A stretch of 64,000 nucleotides of DNA from Candidatus Subterrananammoxibius californiae (GTDB lineage: Bacteria; Planctomycetota; Brocadiia; Brocadiales; Subterrananammoxibiaceae), in contig JAURAC010000001.1 of NCBI GenBank assembly GCA_030586555.1, positions 96,001 through 160,000 of the forward strand, in the 5' to 3' direction. Within the stretch, counting starts at the first letter, position 1; the number at the start of each line of letters is the position of its first letter. This document shows positions 59,051-64,000 of the stretch, piece by piece. Position numbers and translations under genes: made by a program. The notes under the pieces are model-generated. The model was not told the origin of the DNA and ran no database searches. It saw only the letters and a list, made by a program, of their open reading frames with translations.

Positions 59051-61229
59051 TTGTTGCTACCTCGACACGGTTTCTTCCACCCCTTTTTGCTATGTAAAGG
59101 GCGTCATCCGCCGCCTTTATCAATTCAACCTTATTATTAAAGTTCATGCCATTAAATGTGGCAAGTCCCAGGCTTATGGTTATCCCCAGCGGGCTGACAT
59201 TTCCCTTGACTTTGTAACACTCTGTCTTCGTCCTTAATCTTTCAGCAAGGAGGAAGCATTCCTTCTCATCCGTATTAGGCAAAATTAATATAAACTCTTC
59301 GCCCCCGTATCTTGCCACAGTATCAATGTGTCGCAAATTGTCTTTTAATAATCTTGCCAGACCAATAAGCGCCTCGTCGCCAAGTTGATGACCAAACTGG
59401 TCATTAAAATTCTTAAAATAGTCTATATCTACCATGATGAGGGAAAGTGGGGTATTATACCTTTTTGCCCTCTCAAACTCGTAACCAAGATGTTCTTGAA
59501 AATACTTATGATTATAGGCTCCTGTAAGGCCATCCGTAACGGCAAGCTCCTCGAGCTTTTCACGCATCCTTTCCTGTTCCGTAACATCCCTAACTATCAT
59601 CGTGTAACCGAAGATACTTCCATCAACGTTTTTAATGGCTGTGGCGTTAATGTGCAGAATATAGGAGTCGTAATTAATCTTGGTACTCACAGGCAATTGG
59701 CCATGCTTAATCATTTTCATTACCCTGTCACCTTCTCTGTGGCATCCAAAGAAATCTTTCCCCTGCAAATCCTTACAGCGCTTTCCAAGAATTTTTTCAG
59801 CAACGGGGTTCATAAATAGCAGGTTATAACTTGCATCTCCGACCACCACCCCGTCCCCAATATTAAGCAGTATTGTCTCGAGTTTGCTTTTTTCGCCTTC
59901 TGTTTCTACGAGGGATTTTTCCAGGTACAGTTTGGCTGCTTGAAGTTCCTCATTTCTTTTATTTATGGTGCCGGCCATTATATTAAACGAATTGGCTAAT
60001 GCGCCAATTTCATCATCAGCCCTATTTTGTACCCTCTGGCTTAAATCTCCTGCCGCCATCTTCCTGGTAGCATCTGTAAGGCGTAAAATCGGTTCGGATA
60101 CCATCTTTGCCAGAGCAATAGAGACCACAATTGCAGCAATCATTCCACCAGCAAGGATTATGTAGATGTTCTTTTTGAGTCTATGGATTGCCCTGTAACC
60201 TTCATTAACGTCTATTTCAGAGATTACCCCCCATTGCAACTCTGGAATCCATTGCCAGAAACCAAGCACCTTTGCCCCCCTGTAATCCAGATAACCATTC
60301 CCATCAAATCCTTCCTTGCCTTTCAAGCACTCTTTCACGCCTTTGGTTAGTTCTTCTGTTTTAGGGGTTACAACCTTAAGTTCGAGGGCGGACCGTTTTT
60401 TTATAAGGCCTGCTTCTTTTAAGTGGGAAACAAAACGTGACTCCGTTAGCATGACCCCGTCACGATTAATAAGATACGTCTCGCCGCTTTCGCCTAATTT
60501 AATGCTTCGCATAAGTTTGCTGATTTGCATAAAATCTATTCGCATGCATACGACGCCCGTTATTATGTTCTTATCCCTTATAGGGCTTGATACAAACATG
60601 GTGGGAACACCTGGCTCCAATTCGCCATGTTCATTTTCGATGGGGACAACGGAGGGTTCTACCTTTGAAATAAACGTCTTACCCTTTAATGCTTCATGGA
60701 AATATTCAAATCCAGACACATACGTTCCGACCTTCCATTCATCGGTTGCTATCCTTATCATCCCCGTTATATCTGTTACAAAAATCTCTTTGTAGCCATA
60801 AGCATTCTTAATAAGCCTCAAGTCCTTTAATAACTCTGGAAATGGTTCATCGGTTTCATTGATGCTCGTGGATAACAAAGCAAGTGGATTATTTGTAATT
60901 ACCTTAGAGTCGCCGATTCGCTCATCCATCCATCTCTTAACAGACTCAGCCTGTTTATGCCCAACGCCTTCAAGGTTTTGTATCAGGGAATTTTGCAATG
61001 CCTTCTGCATGACCGGGTATGCAACAAACCTCATCATAAGAATAGGAATGAGCGCCAGAACTAAGAACAAAAAAACTAATTTGGTTTTTATAGATTTAAA
61101 AAACCCTATTGGTATTAAGGGAATACATATTAGAAATCGAAGGAGTGAAATGCATGTGCGGGCACACAAGACCGAAGGTCTTGGGTCGGTTTGCTTTTCA
61201 TGAACCTGTTTTTTTATCATCTTAAGCAT
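59040..61229 (-). CDS. Diguanylate cyclase (TM-Cache-TM-HAMP-PAS-GGDEF); start uncertain
   Basis: DGLTG, DIDYFK..ND..GH, RHIDTVARYGGEEF with intact RxxD I-site. Confidence 0.92.
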   Translation of the reverse strand: MLKMIKKQVHEKQTDPRPSVLCARTCISLLRFLICIPLIPIGFFKSIKTKLVFLFLVLALIPILMMRFVAYPVMQKALQNSLIQNLEGVGHKQAESVKRWMDERIGDSKVITNNPLALLSTSINETDEPFPELLKDLRLIKNAYGYKEIFVTDITGMIRIATDEWKVGTYVSGFEYFHEALKGKTFISKVEPSVVPIENEHGELEPGVPTMFVSSPIRDKNIITGVVCMRIDFMQISKLMRSIKLGESGETYLINRDGVMLTESRFVSHLKEAGLIKKRSALELKVVTPKTEELTKGVKECLKGKEGFDGNGYLDYRGAKVLGFWQWIPELQWGVISEIDVNEGYRAIHRLKKNIYIILAGGMIAAIVVSIALAKMVSEPILRLTDATRKMAAGDLSQRVQNRADDEIGALANSFNIMAGTINKRNEELQAAKLYLEKSLVETEGEKSKLETILLNIGDGVVVGDASYNLLFMNPVAEKILGKRCKDLQGKDFFGCHREGDRVMKMIKHGQLPVSTKINYDSYILHINATAIKNVDGSIFGYTMIVRDVTEQERMREKLEELAVTDGLTGAYNHKYFQEHLGYEFERAKRYNTPLSLIMVDIDYFKNFNDQFGHQLGDEALIGLARLLKDNLRHIDTVARYGGEEFILILPNTDEKECFLLAERLRTKTECYKVKGNVSPLGITISLGLATFNGMNFNNKVELIKAADDALYIAKRGGRNRVEVATISV

Positions 61230-61256
61230 TTTACCACTTTTAATGTATTTCGGGAT

Positions 61257-61409
61257 AGGTAGACAAAAATGTTTATCCTTATTTTACGCACGGTACGTTA
61301 GAAATTGTGTTTCTAACGTACCACGGATAAACAAGTTTATCCGTGCCACCCTTTACCCCATCCATAACTCAGGGTAGCATGGACAAATTCATTTGTCTGT
61401 TGTCTACCT
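61257..61409. mobile_element. AGGTAGACAA..TTGTCTACCT-bounded composite palindromic element
   Basis: 10-bp IR ends; internal hairpins ggtacgttagaaa..tttctaacgtacc and cacggataaac..gtttatccgtg. Confidence 0.65.
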
Positions 61410-61447
61410 TTTTTCAAAAAGGTAAGTAGGTTTAAAAGAGAAAGGCA

Positions 61448-62629
61448 TTATGCGCTAATTGTTGCCACCTCGACACGGTTTCTTCCGCCCCTTTTTGCAC
61501 TGTAGAGGGCGTCATCCGACGCCTTTATCAATTCAACCTTATTATTAAGGTTCGTGCCATTAAATGTAGCGAGTCCCAGGCTTATGGTTATCCTAAGTGG
61601 GCTGACGTTCCCCTTGATTTCATAACATTCTGTCTGCGTCCTTAACCTTTCAGCAAGGAGGAAGCATTCCTTTCCTTCAGTGTTAGGCAAAATCAACGCA
61701 AACTCTTCACCCCCGTATCTTGCCACAATATCAATGTGTCGCAAATTGTCTTTGAACAATCTTGCCAGGCTAATAAGCACCTCGTCACCGAGTTGATGAC
61801 CGAATTGGTCGTTAAAGTTCTTAAAATAATCTATATCCACCATGATGAGAGAAAGCGAGGTATTGTATCTTTTTGCCCTCTCAAATTCGTAGTCAAGACG
61901 TTCTTGAAAATACTTATGGTTATAGGTCCCTGTAAGGCCATCTGTAATGGCAAGTTCTTCGAGCTTTTCCCGCATCCTTTCCTGTTCTGTAACGTCCCTT
62001 ACTATCATCGTGTAGCCGAGGATACTTTCATCAAAGTTTTTAATGGTCGTGGCATTAATGTGTAAAATATATGGGCCATAGTTAATCTTGGTGCTCACAG
62101 GTAATTGGTCATACGCAAGCATTTTCATCACCTTATCACCTTCTCTGTGGCAACCGAAGAAATCTTTTCCCTGCAAATCCTTACAGCGCTTTCCAAGAAT
62201 TTTTTCGGCAACGGGGTTCATAAACAGCACGCTATACTTTGCGTCTCCAACCACAACACCATCCCCAATATTGAGCAGTATTGTGTTAAACTTATTCTTT
62301 TCCTTTTCTATGTCGATAAGAGGTTTTTCAAGGCTTCCTACCATCTTGTCAAGGGCGTCTGCAAGGTCTTTAAATTCATCGTGTGAACGTAAATTCACAC
62401 GGTGGTCGAGCTTTCCATGGCTAATCAATTCCGCACCTTCCCTTAAGCGTTTGATCGGTTTGGCAATTGAATGGTATATGAAAAAGCTAACGGCAAAGAG
62501 ACTTACAAGAACTGTTAAGGCATAATAAAAAATAACTCTATTCCCAGAAAAATAAGCCAAGACATTCATAAATATCAATAGTATCGCCAGACTCGAAAGT
62601 CCAATTGTAACCTTGGTTTTTACTTTCAT
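61448..62629 (-). CDS. Diguanylate cyclase (2TM-HAMP-PAS-GGDEF)
   Basis: RHIDIVARYGGEEF; C-terminal half nearly identical to the neighbouring DGC. Confidence 0.92.
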   Translation of the reverse strand: MKVKTKVTIGLSSLAILLIFMNVLAYFSGNRVIFYYALTVLVSLFAVSFFIYHSIAKPIKRLREGAELISHGKLDHRVNLRSHDEFKDLADALDKMVGSLEKPLIDIEKEKNKFNTILLNIGDGVVVGDAKYSVLFMNPVAEKILGKRCKDLQGKDFFGCHREGDKVMKMLAYDQLPVSTKINYGPYILHINATTIKNFDESILGYTMIVRDVTEQERMREKLEELAITDGLTGTYNHKYFQERLDYEFERAKRYNTSLSLIMVDIDYFKNFNDQFGHQLGDEVLISLARLFKDNLRHIDIVARYGGEEFALILPNTEGKECFLLAERLRTQTECYEIKGNVSPLRITISLGLATFNGTNLNNKVELIKASDDALYSAKRGGRNRVEVATISA

Positions 62630-62647
62630 TTTCCGCCCGTACCAGGG

Positions 62648-62760
62648 AAGGCTGAAGGCTTAAGGCAAAAGGCTGAAGAAACTAAAGGGTTAAGAAGTTA
62701 AGAACTTAAGAGCTTCCTATCTTCTCGGCTTCCTAAGTTCTTAACTTTAGCCTTCAGCCT
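62648..62760. repeat. Nested inverted heptamer/octamer arrays
   Basis: AAGGCTG-type x4 ... tagccttcagcct enclosing gttaagaagttaagaac ... gttcttaac. Confidence 0.7.
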
Positions 62761-62765
62761 ATTCC

Positions 62766-63770
62766 CTATGTTTTTAAACTTATATGTTCACCCATAAATG
62801 TTTTCTTGTTTCCATTATCAAAATGGAGAATAATGCCTCCACCGGGCGAAATATCTATCACCTTGCCCTGGTAAAGCTTGCCACTTTCTTCTACCGTTAA
62901 TTTTTGCCCTATCGTGATGCAAAGCTCTTTCCACCGCTTTAATATCTGTTTGTAATGGGCATCTTTTAAGATTGCGTACCATTTATCTATGCTTTCTAAC
63001 AGATTTCTGGCAAATTCAATTCGGTTGATACTGCTCTTTTTTTCGATAAAGAGTGAGGTAGCGGGTATCTTAGAGAACACTGGCAATTCATTAAATTCCT
63101 GATTTACGTTAATTCCGATGCCTAAGGAAAAGATATATCTTTGTTTGTGCGACTTTATTACATCAACAATGGTGCCTGCCACCTTCTTGCCGTTAATGAG
63201 CACATCATTTGGCCACTTTATTCCAGCCTTAAGCGAAAGCATGTCTTGAATTGTTTCTGCCACTGCAATGGCAGTAATGCATGTCATCAAGAAGATATGT
63301 TCGGCATTTATCCTCGGCTTGAGGACAATAGTGGCAAGCAGTCCCTTAAATTTTGGACACACCCATGTATGCCCCAACCTTCCTCTGCCGCCTGTCTGTT
63401 CCTCAGAAAAGATGACTAACCCTTCCCTTGCGCCACCTTCTACCATTTTTCTGGCGATGTCCATAGTAGACGTAACCCGTTCATACGTAAGTATATCCCT
63501 ACCGACAATCCGACACCTTAAACCCCACTTTATTTCATCAGGAATCAGCCTGTCAGGGATGCTGCTCAGTCTATACCCTAAATCTTCATGGCGGTCAATC
63601 TTGTAACCAACTTGGAGGAGCTTTTTTAGTTCAGATTCAAGTTCGGCAGACGCAAGCTTTGCCTTTTCTTCTATTTTTTTTGCGGGAACCCACTTACCCC
63701 GAAACTCGTGAAAAAGGTCTATAATCCGTTCTTCAGGGGTTAAAACGTTCACATCGAGCTTAATTGTCAT
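62766..63770 (-). CDS. birA: Bifunctional biotin-protein ligase / repressor
   Basis: N-terminal wHTH-like region, STMD, EEQTGGRGRLG..W, KWPNDV..GKKVAG, GIGINVN. Confidence 0.93.
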   Translation of the reverse strand: MTIKLDVNVLTPEERIIDLFHEFRGKWVPAKKIEEKAKLASAELESELKKLLQVGYKIDRHEDLGYRLSSIPDRLIPDEIKWGLRCRIVGRDILTYERVTSTMDIARKMVEGGAREGLVIFSEEQTGGRGRLGHTWVCPKFKGLLATIVLKPRINAEHIFLMTCITAIAVAETIQDMLSLKAGIKWPNDVLINGKKVAGTIVDVIKSHKQRYIFSLGIGINVNQEFNELPVFSKIPATSLFIEKKSSINRIEFARNLLESIDKWYAILKDAHYKQILKRWKELCITIGQKLTVEESGKLYQGKVIDISPGGGIILHFDNGNKKTFMGEHISLKT

Positions 63771-63850
63771 AACGTGTCATAGTGTGTCGTATTAATAAAC
63801 AAAAGTCAAGTATAATTTAAAGAAGTTTCTTCGAGCCCCTATACTTCAAA

Positions 63851-63866
63851 AGCAAAATCAGTGCCA
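63851..63866 (-). promoter_or_regulatory. Sigma-54 -24/-12 promoter upstream of birA
   Basis: Minus strand TGGCAC-TGATT-TTGCT, exact GG-N10-GC. Confidence 0.6.
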
Positions 63867-64000
63867 TTTTGCCATTACTTTATTAATAACATTAGTTCTC
63901 TTGCCGTGGCATGATATGCTTTTATGAGTTTATAAGTCTGAATTGCCTAATGTCAAATAAAATCCTTTTTTTACATTTATAGAAAGAAAGACCTGAAGGT

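Noticed and set aside
326..63606. Numerous 60-200-aa ORFs antisense to or nested within the called genes
   Set aside because: Shadow ORFs with no recognisable motifs, overlapping well-supported genes
63907..63920. Plus-strand sigma-54-like TGGCATGATATGCT
   Set aside because: GG-to-GC spacing is 8 nt, not 10

Overview
Bacterial genomic DNA. The gene content and an insert-bearing L32 suggest an anaerobic Planctomycetota/'Ca. Brocadiia'-like organism; this is inference and unverified. Left arm (1-8.7 kb): nitroreductase-like 3' end, hemB, plsY, a thiolase-fold protein lacking the catalytic Cys, a YtnP-like MBL hydrolase, an unannotated 54-aa antitoxin-like ORF, a sigma-54 two-component pair and a PDZ lipoprotein. 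8.9-15.9 kb: six-gene cytoplasmic signalling cluster. 16.5-50.8 kb: a 34-kb Wzx/Wzy-Wza/Wzc surface-glycan cluster. It contains a contiguous transaldolase/SIS/HAD/oxidoreductase/GHMP kinase/nucleotidyltransferase/epimerase block that parallels the lincomycin GDP-octose route, plus two radical-SAM enzymes, a stand-alone ThDP E1 pair and four methyltransferase-like genes. 50.8-57.3 kb: a TA-like gene pair bracketed by an 85-bp duplication of the fabF 3' end, then the rpmF-plsX-fabHDG-acpP-fabF operon. 57.7-64 kb: an orphan ParA with a membrane-anchored partner, two tandem diguanylate cyclases sharing a duplicated PAS-GGDEF half, and birA. Superimposed is a dense layer of small non-autonomous repeats: GTAG..CTAC REP-like hairpins, a 15-17-nt TCCGCCTCAGGCGGA palindrome, MITE-like elements and 7/8-nt tandem arrays. 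Several sit in frame inside genes or supply stop codons, and one inverted pair brackets three signalling genes. No transposase, integrase, CRISPR, rRNA or tRNA was recognised. Functional calls come from motif recognition only; no searches were run.
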